Positions 1 to 12,700 of a stretch of 64,000 nucleotides of DNA are shown one piece after another. Below the pieces are notes generated by a model that did no database searches, was not told the DNA's origin, and saw only the letters and a list, made by a program, of their open reading frames with translations. Position 1 is the stretch's first letter; each line of letters begins with the position of its first letter. Location of the stretch: positions 307,005 through 371,004 of the forward strand of contig NMRA01000138.1 of assembly GCA_002633005.1 (NCBI GenBank). Direction: 5' to 3'. The position numbers were made by a program, and so were the translations under genes. Source of the DNA: Phoronis australis (lineage: Eukaryota; Animalia; Phoronida).

Positions 1-3000
1 AGTTTAGTTTCCAACTTTGGCTGGTTTATGTTCGTGATGTCTGATCAGTTTCCGAGCCACTGGTCGGGATAACGAGTCAATCCGGCCGGCCGCGATGGGC
101 CTGACCGGGCTCGGTCCGAGCCACTGGCCAGGATAACGAGCGTTTTGCGTGTTTAGAACTCAAAAAATCACAATTCTAAACAACACAGACTAGGTTCTCC
201 TGTCTGTATCTCACGAAAAAATACTTCGAATTTATCTCCGAAAAGACCCCAAACTCCTGCTACGGACCTTATTGGAATGCCGAGCCGTTGTAGGCTACGG
301 CTGTTTCCAAATACCAATAAATCCGTAACAAGCGAAATAAAACAACACGTTTTTATACGAACTCGGTGTATTTTTAAGGGTTTTACATCGAAGTTTGAAG
401 ATTTATTGGTGTAAAACGATGAATTCAAGCGATAAGCTGACACCAGTAACCCATGTTGTGAATTGCTGAACAGACTGCGTGTGAAACCAATTACGTCATT
501 GGATAATTTCAAAACCTCAGTCTGCTGTCAGGTGTCAGGTAATGCAACCGCGCGTGCTGTTATGGAGTAGAACTACTCGATCTAAATTGATACAAATTAG
601 GTTGTTTTTGGGTGGCATGCTCCTTTAATACGCTCCGCAAAATTTTTGCTGTACAAATTTTCTCGCAACACGCACTCGTTGTATAGCTTGAGCATTAAAT
701 TAAAGGTTTAAGAAATACAGGAGCAATTTTGCGCATTTAATTGTGCGTGTAAAAGGTTTTATGGATTCGTACCGAATTTGTTGCTGCAACTTGTCTCATG
801 GGCCTGTACCCGGCGCGTGAATTCGGCTATTGCGCAAGTCGACTGTAGCAAGGTGACCAGTGAAAATGTATGGCAGCAGGCCAGTGGGCGTGTGTGCTTT
901 CTAGTCTCTTATTATGAAAACCATTGAAGGCAATTATCAGCACCTGCAAACAAGAATTTTGAAGTATGGAGAATTTCAACAGGAGTTTGCTGTAGACTTA
1001 GTCGCGAAGCTGCTGACATTCCAGCCACAGTTACTGCCGGTCCTTCGAAGCAATTATAGCACATATATACGATTTTTTAAGAATGGCAAGGGTGCGTTTT
1101 GTGTTGACGGAAATGTCCATGGCGTCGAGGAATCTGAGGCATTTAATGATGAACAAGTGTTGTGGCTTAATTTGGAAAAACACTTAGCAAAACTAACTTC
1201 CAAGTATGCATACTGTGGCGGAATTAGGAAATACGATTATGGCAGTGCTAAATGTAGCAGAGCCACAAAGTGTGCTTAAATGGTAGGAAATTAGGCATAA
1301 CATTTCTGTAGCAGATAAAAGGTTGATTGGCGCAGGAGAAGGCCGAGGTCTTCAATGCTCAGAAAGATTTCGACAGGCAAGAGACTTGCCAAGAAAATGG
1401 CACAGTTGAGTCCGGGCATTCTAAATGAAAGAACTGCAGCCAATTCCAGTTACTCGGTGCAACTTCTCTCACCCGACGGCGTTGTTTCACGATACCGCAA
1501 CCTCAAACAACGTCAAAGAAACGAAACGCTGAGGGTGAGATATTTCAGAGTATTAATATTTATTCTTGGATACAGGTGTCCACCTCAAAATGAATAACCC
1601 ACGGTCATTCTTTATGCCGATAGCAATATTTTCGCCAACTGAAGAAGAACAGGAATCATAGACATCCCGCGCGCTCCGTCTATGGTTCTGACACTTCAAA
1701 CTTTCAACACGATAGGTAGCCGCAGAAAGTTCGATGTTGACCTCATTCTAATCTTCTCTGCAATCCACAGTCTGGGGACGAAAACAATTCAAATCCGCTC
1801 CTCGAAATAGGGCTTGCTTAGCTGGAATTCAGGACTGCAGTGATGAGAGTGTTTTCACCTCCTGATTGCGAAGCGATCGAGTTAGATGTGGTATCTCTCA
1901 GCGGGAGGTCACCGCTTCGTGCACTCAAGCGGTCGACAACAACTAAACTGACGAAAGTCTCAGAACTCCCACATGCAAATTTGATATGCAAATGAGGGAG
2001 TACTTGACTACTGCGCCATCTATACATCGACGGAAAAGCTTAAATACCCGTGACTGCGTGTGGGAAATTGCGATTGCGTGCGCTGAAGTCGATATTTTCA
2101 AAGTACAATTACACCACTGTTTAAGGTTGAAAAGTGAGTTTTTTGATATCCTTCTATAGAAAAAGCTTTAATCTCTCTGATAAAATCATCTGTTACTTTT
2201 TAAACGAAACTTAAGTCCTGAAATTAGTCCGGGGAAGGAGGCCAAAAACGGCGGTTTAGCTAGTTGTCCCTTCCTGGTTATCTCTTCCTGATGTTAGCAG
2301 TAAAGTAGAACGTGTTTTATTTAGCACTTGTTGATCTCATCTGGTGAAGAACATTCGAGAATTCTTTTCGGTGAGTCACCAAGTGACTGGATGCATGACA
2401 GTCTAGCAGTTATTTTCCAGGAGATTCGAGGGTGTGCAAAGGTTCGGAAGTGTTCACTATCAGTAGGTTATTTTGACTTTATAAACACCAATTTTGGTTA
2501 ATTAAATAATTCCGCCTAAAAATAACAAGAACATTTTTACGGTATTTGAAACTTTTGGAAATTAGCGCCATTATTTATTTATTGTCGTTGCTATGCTACC
2601 TGTTCCATGAATGGATAGTTCCCGAAGACTAATGTCTTCGATGACAGGTACATGTATGTAGAGTGCGCGCTTCCTGGCCCCGTGCTTTTAACAAAGGTCA
2701 ATTTTGTATTAGTGCGTTGATTCGCGGTTTTCACGTGTACAACGAAATTTGGATTAATGTTAAGAGAGAAGGTCTGTACGGGAAAGATACAATACAATAA
2801 AATCCCTTTGACAAGTATGCTGCGTCTGTTCTGAAAGGCCAGGCCATAATGGGACACTTCCTTGCAAGATCAACAAAACTTTTGCATTCTTTTTGAAGAA
2901 TGGTGGAAGTTTGAAGTGTATAGTCTCAGCTAAATACCAACATAGCGGCGAGGCTCATGGTCTACAAATTCCGCACTCAATGTCTTTCTTCAGGACCGTC

Positions 3001-3387
3001 AGATCTTATTGATAAATTGAAGATGTTACTGTAGAATTTTAGAACTGTAGGCAACTAAGGTAAGGCATTTTTTGCATGTTCACGGCGTTCATGAGACGGA
3101 TGCTTATTTTAGCGAAGTCTGAAATCGCATGGGGGGCGCTTATAGGGGCATGGGTGCTTATTAGGGCGAATACAGTAAGTGCTTTTTTCACTTAAAATGT
3201 ATTTTTGACGAATTTAGCACCTGAAACTTTATTTGTCTTAGTTTGACTTTCATGCATTTGTCGTGACCTAATAAGTTCTGTATGAGGTCTTAAACAATGG
3301 AAGATATCTTGTTACGAGGGCATGAGTAGATGTGGTATTTTTGTAGAATTATTGTGATTTAAATGGATGTTATGTTGTGATTTGTAG

Positions 3388-3748
3388 GAAGGAGATGGGT
3401 TAGATGGTGGGAGGCAGTGTTACTTGTTCAATTGTGGCTCTCCAAACAAGTGTACATTCACTCATCACAGACACTACGTCTCTATGAGCGTGAAGAAGTT
3501 GGTGAATCAACACGTGACTGAGCTAAAGGATCTGAGTAAGTCAGTGCCTGACACTGAACCTGGCAGGGACTCCGAAGAGATTGGGGAATTCCCCGGGGAT
3601 AATGAAGTTGAGGAGGAAGAAGCTCCACCCATCACAACTGAGCGCACGGTGATGCCATCCACTACTACAACTACCGTCTCCACAACAATGATGACAACCT
3701 CCCTACCAGCTACAACTCCAGCGTCCACCACAGTAGAGCCCAGAGTTG
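3388..3748 (+). CDS. LRP11: LRP11-like exon: MANSC C-terminal half plus Thr-rich mucin-like stalk
   Basis: tttgtag|GAA acceptor, G|gtaagt donor; RQCYLFNCGSPNKCTFTHHRHY...TTTTTVSTT. Confidence 0.85.
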
Positions 3749-6700
3749 GTAAGTACAATGGTCTGCTTGTATTTAATGCTGCAGTTCCTTTGGTTATCAG
3801 TTTTCAAAGTGAGACGAATGTACTCCTGCAAAATGGGTCTCGTCATAGTTTTCCTTTTTATGATAGGACTTTGATTTTGTTGCTGTGAAGAACGTGGCAA
3901 GAATTTGTCAGCAAAAATGGTTAAAAAGTCACAGGGTAGTCTAGTTCTGACAAAAATTTGCACTTCAATCCAATAATGGGTTATCTCTCCATTGTAAATA
4001 AAAATCGATTCAGCAATGGAAATTTCAAGTCTAGTTTGGTAAACTCAAATAGCATTTTTCATGATTACACATAGTCGACAATGGTGAAAATGTTTTTTGC
4101 TGCAGTTAAAAAGTACAAACTTGTGTTTTGTTATACCTTATCACCTCTCGTGCTTGATATGCTAAAAATTGGAATACTGTTTTTTGAAAAATAATTTTGC
4201 AGTAATGGAGGTTGGTGTTAAATTTCTTGATAGACAGTCAATACGGAGACGGTGATCACAGTCTCTACTGGCTCCGCAGTAGAGACTGTGAAGCTCCTAT
4301 AGGCACTTCATACCATCTGGTGCACGCAGTTTTAAAAATGGTGAGTTATTGATTTTGGGAACTGAATGAGGGACTGCTTGAAGAAAAAGTTTGATAACAG
4401 AGTATTTGATGTTCGAGTTGGAAGGAATTATATATGTCAACGGCCTCCTAAGGTGTCCCTTTGTGAGCAAAAGGTATTTATAACAATGTGGCTTTGACAT
4501 TTTAGTCAGTGCAAAGCATAATTCGCTGAAAAGCTTCCGGCGTATGAAGCTCCTATAGGAGCTCCACCGTCCTACGTGCCAGTAGGAGGGTGGTCACTGT
4601 CTAGTCAATATGTAGCTTTTGATGTCAAAAATGAGTGCAAAATTGTTGTGCATTTTGGATTCGCTAAATAAAGTCACTGTGCACATGTTGAGACTCCTGC
4701 GTGCGTGGTAATTTGATGTCAGTCTGTCTGTGTGTCTACTTGTAGTGGCCATGCTGCATCACTGCAGGCCACAAGATAAGTGTGATGGTGAAAAGACGGA
4801 GTGTATTGATGGCTTCTGTAGGTGCAAGACCGGATATCACCCCAAGAACGGTGTATGCAGTGAGTACTTTGTCATAAATATTGTTAACACATGAAGAGTC
4901 TGTGCTTGAATGTATGTTTGTACATTGCTCATGGTCACGTAGCCAACAATTTAAAATGTACACTTACTCTACGCTATTTGAGTGCAGGCCACCATTCTCA
5001 GCGTCATGGAGAGGTTGGGTTTGAATCCCATTCAAGTAATTTTTATGCGCCCACATATTTATATGTGGACGCATTATGCCGTCATCTCTGTCCGTCCGTC
5101 CGTCCGGGCGGCGTCCGTCCGGCGTCCGGCGTCTGGCGTCCGGCGTCCGCTGCTCTATCTCCAAAACCCTTTGACATACGTTCATGAAATTTGGCGCATA
5201 TGTTCCATTCATGAATGGGACGGCATGTGCGAACTTTCGGACGGATCCGACTACCGGTGTGCCCCCTAGTGGCAATTTTAGTTTTTTACGTTTACCTTTG
5301 TATCTTCAAAAGTCCGGAACGGATTTTCATGAAATTTGGTATGTAGGCACCTAGTAGTGAGATGACGCTATCCTGCCGTTTTCAGATGGATTCGACATAG
5401 TTTGCGCCACCTAGTGGCCATTTTTAGTGTTTTCGAGTCTGTTTTTGTGCGTCCACCCCTCTATCAACCAAACCGCTCAAAGGATGATTGTGAAAATTGG
5501 CATGTATATGCTTACTATGTAGAGGACGGTTGACGATGATTTTCCGACGATTTCGACTACTGTGGCGCCTCCTAGTGGCAGTTTTGTTTTTTTGCGCCTA
5601 TGGCTGTATCTCCTAAACCGTTCGCAGGATCTTTACGAAATTGTGTAAGTATATTTATATGATGTTAACAACGGAAGATGACGACTTTTGGACGGATCCG
5701 ACTACCGGTGTGCCCCCTAGTGGCAATTTTAATTTTTTTACGCTTACCTTTGTATCTTCACAAGTCCTTATTGGATTTTCATGAAATTTGGTATGTAGGC
5801 ACCTATTAGTGAGATGACGCTATCCTCCCGTTTTCAGATGGATTCGACATAGTTTGCGCCACCTAGTGGCCATTTTTAGTGTTTTCGAGTCTGTTTTTGT
5901 GCGTCCACCCCTCTATCAACCAAACCGCTCAAAGGATGATTGTGAAAATTGGCATGTATATGCTTACTATGTAGAGGATGGTTGACGATGATTTTCCGAC
6001 GATTTCGACTACTGTGGCGCCTCCTAGTGGCAGTTTTGTTTTTTTGCGCCTATGGCTGTATCTCCTAAACCGTTCGCAGGATCTTTACAAATTGTGTAAG
6101 TATATTTATATGATGTTAACAACGGAAGATGACGACTTTTGGTCGGATCCGACTACCGGTGTGCCCCCTAGTGGCAATTTTAGTTTTTTACGCTTACCTT
6201 TGTATCTTCAAAAGTATTGAACGGATTTTCATGAAATTTGGTATGTAGGCACCTATTAGTGAGATGACGCTATCCTACTGTTTTCAGATGGATTCGACGT
6301 AGTTTGCGCCACCTAGTGGCCATTTTTACTGTTTTCGAGTCTGTATTTTTGCGTCCACCCCTCTATCAACCAAACCGCTCAAAGGATGATTGTGAAAATT
6401 GGCGTGTATGTGCTTACTATAAGGAAGACAGCTGACAATGATTTTCAGACGATTTGGACTACTGTGGCGCCTCCTAGTGGCAGTTTTGTTTTTTTGCGCC
6501 CATGGCTGTATCTCCCAAACCGTTTGCAGGATCTTTACTAAATTTAGCAAGTGTATTTATGTGATGTTGACAACGGACGATGACGACTTTAGGATGATTC
6601 TGATTACCGGTATGCCTCTAGTGGCAATTTTAGTATTTGCCTCTAGTGGCAATTTTAGTATTTTACATTGACCTCTGTATTTTCATAGGTCTTCAGGTGT

Positions 6701-9700
6701 ATACTTTGTGTTACTTCGTGACTGTGAAGGAAAAGTTCCAAGTAGAAATTTGTTTCTGGCATTCTAATGCTGTGCTAATCTCGTATGTTGGTAAATTTGT
6801 TTTTAATTCTATGTTTCTGTGGTGCTTTAAGCAACTGGTGTATAGGATGTGCTTGTATTATGAAGATTACTCACATTTTGCCCCTAGCCTATTGAGGAGA
6901 CAATGACCATGCCTTTCCATTTTGCAAAGTATGCCCTCTACTGGCCACTTTATGGTACCAATAAACAACCCTAGAAGGATACCGTATGCGGTGCAATTGT
7001 GGGCGCATTTCAACGCTCTGCGTTGCTCTTGTTTAACATGTTTGCAAAAAACATTAATTTTCACTCTCTGAATGCATCTCTATGGTCATCGTTTGATCAT
7101 TTGAAGACTGAATGAAGAGGAAAGGCTATTCTTCAGAGGTAGGAAAGTCATGCATTTTCTTCTAGAATGTGTTACCTTGGTAATTTATAACACTATCTGC
7201 TGGTGCTACTAAGGTTATCACTGAAAGGATCATAAGAGAAGAGAAGGAGAAGTAAGTGTAGGTCAAATGTAATACGTGAATCTGTGCCGGTCTTGTTTAC
7301 TAGGAATGAACTGCAATCCACACTTAGAGTTTGAGTGTACCAATGGGGACGCTAAGATCAATGGTCCAGACTGTATTGCTGTCTATGATGCCTGTGACGG
7401 TATCGCTCAGTGTGCTGATGGATCTGATGAACAGTTCTGTGATAAGTCTGAAGGTAAACCTAATGCTAAATCTTAATTTATAAAGATGTGTGTCAGTGCC
7501 TGTGATTGGTGTTTACAACTGACTTATTTATGTTTGTGCAAAGTGAAGAGTTGCTTGGAAAGTTTGTCCTGAAATTGATGCAGTTTGGCAACGTGACATG
7601 TTACTAAAGTGAATCAGGGCTTGGAATTTTCCACGGAAACGCGGATTTCCGCTTTTTTCAAATGTTCTTTCCGCGCATTTTATTATATTTCCGCGTAAAA
7701 AAAATCGGATTTGATATAAAATTTCTGCGGCAAATTCCTTTCTTACCGCGGCGTTGCAGACGACGTTCACCTGGAAAAGCGGAAGTTGCTCTTTATGTTT
7801 CGGAGGAACGTAAATTGTCAACATTGCCGGGGCATCTGGGATATCGTGGTGGGATTTTCAATGGCAACTCGTGTTAGTGTAAACCGCTGCATCAAATACT
7901 GCGGCTCTGCAGCCAAAAATGTGTGGGTTGGGAGTGGACGGACGAGCTAAAAGGACTCAGATGCATGCTACTGATGGTGGTAACGTTCTTTTTTTTTTAG
8001 TCCTCCCGATGTTTGTCGGGGAAAGGTTCACACCGACCATTTCAAGGCTGGGTAGCGCGCATGATTTGGGCCGTAAAAGTTTCCGCGTTTTTTGTCATTG
8101 GTCATTCCAAGTCCTGGTGAATGATACTCAAAAATAGTCATCACATAGTTTTTATTATGCGCCCACATATTTATATGTGGACGCATTATGCCGTCATCTC
8201 CGTCGGTCTGTCCATCCGGCCGGTGTCCGGCCGGCGTCCGCTGCTTTATCTCCAAAACCCTTTGACATACGTTCATGAAATTTGGCACATGTGTTTCATT
8301 CATGAATGGGACGGCATGTGCGAACTTTCGGACGGATCCGAATACCGGTGTGCCCCCTAGTGGCAATATTAATTTTTTACGCTTACCTTTGTAGCTTCAA
8401 AAGTCCTGAACGGATTTTCATGAAATTTGGTATGTAGGCACCTATTAGTGAGATGATGCTATCCTGCCGTTTTCAGATGGATTCGACATAGTTTGCGCCA
8501 CCTAGTGGCCATTTTTAGTGTTTTCGAGTCTGTTTTTGTGCGTCCTCCCCTCTATCAACCAAACCGCTCAAAGGATGATTGTGAAAATTGGCATGTATAT
8601 GCTTACTATGTAGAGGATGGTTGACGATGATTTTCCGACGATTTCGACTACTGTGGCGCCTCCTAGTGGCAGTTTTGTTTTTTTGCGCCTATGGCTGTAT
8701 CTCCTAAACCGTTCGCAGGATCTTTACAAATTGTGTAAGTATATTTATATGATGTTAACAACGGAAGATGACGACTTTTGGTCGGATCCGACTACCGGTG
8801 TGCCCCCTAGTGGCAATTTTAGTTTTTTACGCTTACCTTTGTATCTTCAAAAGTCTTGAACGGATTTTCATGAAATTTGGTATGTAGGCACCTATTAGTG
8901 AGATGACGCTATCCTACTGTTTTCAGATGGATTCGACGTAGTTTGCGCCACCTAGTGGCCATTTTTACTGTTTTCGAGTCTGTATTTTTGCGTCCACCCC
9001 TCTATCAACCAAACCGCTCAAAGGATGATTGTGAAAATTGGCGTGTATGTGCTTACTATAAGGAAGACAGCTGACAATGATTTTCAGACGATTTGGACTA
9101 CTGTGGCGCCTCCTAGTGGCAGTTTTGTTTTTTTGCGCCCATGGCTGTATCTCCCAAACCGTTTGCAGGATCTTTACTAAATTTAGCAAGTGTATTTATG
9201 TGATGTTGACAACGGACGATGACGACTTTAGGATGATTCTGATTACCGGTATGCCTCTAGTGGCAATTTTAGTATTTGCCTCTAGTGGCAATTTTAGTAT
9301 TTTACATTGACCTCTGTATTTTCATAGGTCTTCAGGTGTATACTTTGTGTTACTTCGTGACTGTGAAGGAAAAGTTCCAAGTAGAAATTTGTTTCTGGCA
9401 TTCTAATGCTGTGCTAATCTCGTATGTTGGTAAATTTGTTTTTAATTCTATGTTTCTGTGGTGCTTTAAGCAACTGGTGTATAGGATGTGCTTGTATTAT
9501 GAAGATCACTCACATTTTGCCCCTAGCCTATTGAGGAGACAATGACCATGCCTTTCCATTTTGCAAAGTACAACATACTACATATATGCCCTCTACTTGC
9601 CACTTTGTGGTACCAATAAACAACCCTAGAAGGATACCGTATGCGGTGCAATTGTGGGCGCATTTCAACGCTCTGCGTTGCTCTTGTTAGCCTTATTGTG

Positions 9701-12700
9701 GACCATCCACTTAGTGTGTGTGCTGTCGCGCAACATGCATTGCATTATCTTGTTGTTTTGGAGCAGTCTGGTTGGAGACCATTCTACAAGACTGGTGCAC
9801 AGCTTCTTGTTGAGAAACCTAAAAAAGGTCAGGGAAAAATCTGTTAACTGTAATGGTGCCCTTAGTAAGCCTTTCTTAACATATCTACAAAGCCACCAAA
9901 ACACACCTAGCAATAAACATTGATATGCACCTTCAGATTTATATGTTTGCGCTTTATGCCATCATCACTGTCCGTCCAACATTTTATGCCATCATCACTG
10001 TCCGTCCAACATCCGCTGCTCTTTCTCCAAAGGCCTTTAACTTATGTTCATGAAATTTTGCACATATGTTCCTTTCATGGATGGGGCAGCAAGAGCAAAC
10101 TTTCGAACAGATCTGACTTCTGATGTGCCCCGTAGTGGCAATTTCATTTTTCTTTAATATTACTTCTGTATCTTCAAAAATCCTCAGTGGATTTGCATAA
10201 AATGTGGCAAATAGACATCTAGTAGTGAGATGACGCTGTTCTTACGTTTTTTGGTAGATTCTAGGTATTTTGCAACATCTAGTGGCTATTTTTTACTGTT
10301 TTTGAGTCTGTTTTTTGGTGTCTGCCACTCCATCAACCAAACCAGTGGCATATATGTTTCTACTGTGAAGAGGACGGCTGACGATGATTTTCCGACGGTT
10401 TCGTCTACTGTAGCATCTTTTGGCAGTTTTTTTGCGCTCATGGCTTTATCTTCTAAAACTCTCTGTAGGATCTTTATTACATTTAGTGTATTTATATGAA
10501 GTTGACAACGGACGACGACGACTTTCAGATGGTTCGAAGAACGCTGTGCTCCCTAGTGGCAATTTCGTTTTTTCCGTTTTGCTCCGTTTCTCTGAAGTTC
10601 CTTGATTGATTTTTATGCACCCACATATTTTTATGTGGGTGCATTGTGCCGTCATCTCTGTCTGTCCAGCATCTGCTGCTTATCTCCAAAACCCCGTGAT
10701 GTATGTTCCTGAAATTTTGCATATATGTTCTTTCGTCGATGGGATAGCATGAGTGAATTTTCGGACAAATCCGGCTACCAGTGTGCCCTTTAGTGGCAAT
10801 TTTATTTTTTTCACGTTTGCCTCTGTATCTTCGTTGTTCCTTTACAGATTTTCATGAACTTTGACAGTTAGGTATCTATTAGTTAGGTGATGCCACCTTC
10901 ACGTTTTCAAATGGATTTGACGTATTTTTGCGCCACCCAGTGGCCATTTTTACTGTTTTCTAGTCTAGGCCAAACCACAGTAAGGGTGGCTATGGAAATT
11001 GACAGATATGCTCTTACTGGAAAGAGGACGGGTGATAATGATTTTCAGATGGCTCTGACTGCAGCGGGTCATCATAGTGGCAGTTTTTTGCATCCATGGC
11101 TATATCTCCTGTACCCTCTGCAGGATCTTTGTTAATTTGGCAAGTGTATTGATGTGAAGGTGACGACGACTTTCAGACGGATCCAACAATTGTGCCATTT
11201 TTATTATTTTTGAGTCTGTTTTTGGCGTCCGCCTCTCCGGCTGTCAGCCAAATCACTCTTAGGATGATTATGAAAATTGACATATATCTTCTTACTGGAA
11301 GAGGACATGTAACAATGATTTTTAGAAGGCGGCAAATACTGTGGCACCACCCAGTGGCAGTTTTGTTTTTGACTCATCTGTGGCTTTGTCGCCTAAACCA
11401 TCTGCAGGTTGAATTAGGCAAATGTATTCATATGAAGGTTACAACGGATGACAACAGCGTTCAGATGTATCCAACTCCTGCTGTGTTTCCATGTGGTGTT
11501 TTTTTCTCCAATTTCCTCTATGTTTTTGGGGTTCTATGGTAGATTTGACTGTTTTTGGCGTCCATCTCTCTTTTTGTATAGTATTAGTTTGACTTCTGTG
11601 GCACCCCTAGTGGCAGTTTTTTTCACATCCACATCTATTTCTCCCCGGTGGATGTTTGTGAAATGTGGCAAATGTATTTCTATTACAGATGACAACGTTT
11701 GGATGTATCTGACTACCACTGTGCCCCCCAGAGCCAGTTTTATTTTTGACGTGCTTGCCATGTGTGCTCTTATTGAGAAGAGCATTGCTGATTTGCTATG
11801 CACCCCTTATAGGCTATTTTATGTTTACTAGCATTTCTTTGTTTAGTAGGAATGTTGAAAATAGTAATCATTCCTTGTATCTGCGTTATATGCTCCGCTT
11901 TGCTCTTCATTTTACAATAAAGTTTACCCTAGGAAACATTAAAAGTATTAGAATAATTGACAATGTGTAGCAATTTAGGATTGAAGTTGGTAATGTGTGG
12001 GGTGAAACCACATTCCTACTCCTGAGCGGTACAGCTGTTAATAGTTCATGGAATGACCTAATTCGTTGCCCAACCTCTAAATGAAGTTTCAGGTACATGT
12101 TCCTGGTGTTGTATACTTTAAATGTCTGTGAGATTTGTAATTTTGAGGTCAGAGGTAGGATGTGTATGACATTTGAGGTCAGAGATAGCATGTGCATGAC
12201 TTTTCAATCTTTTGTTGTAGGAGAGTTAGCTACAGTGGACAAGTCAGAGGAAGAACATTCACAGTTGAATAGTGCACGGACTGGTAGTGGTGTTGGTGCA
12301 AATGAGGAGACTCAGACTGTATTCAGATGGGAGGACAGGCCTGGTGATGGTCCTAGTGACAGTGTTAAAGCAGGGGAGAGCTTGGATGGAAAGGGTAAGA
12401 CTAGCAGTCATAGTTTATACAGTGGTGGTGAGGATGGGTATCGGGATGAGGTGGAGGGGGGTGTAGGCTTACCTCAATTGAGGGGTGACGAGCCACACAG
12501 TGTACGTGTGTTGGGTAATCTGAGAAAAATGGAGCCTCATTACAGAGCATGGAACAAGGAGGGCAATGTTGATGACAAAGAACTAGAGTCAGAGTCATCT
12601 GAAGTCAAGTTGGGGTCTCCTGAGGTAAGGGCGGGGTCATCCAAGGTCAAGTCTCGTGTAGGGCTAAGTGATCGTCGTGGACACCATATTGCTCGTGTAG

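Noticed and set aside
914-1597. ORFs of 121 and 80 aa as missing LRP11 5' exons
   Set aside because: No signal peptide or MANSC cysteine pattern and no recognisable family; left unannotated.
4891-11831. Many 60-130-aa ORFs repeated at 5-7, 8-9.7 and 42-43 kb
   Set aside because: Spurious frames within non-autonomous HINE copies; no Rep/helicase motifs.
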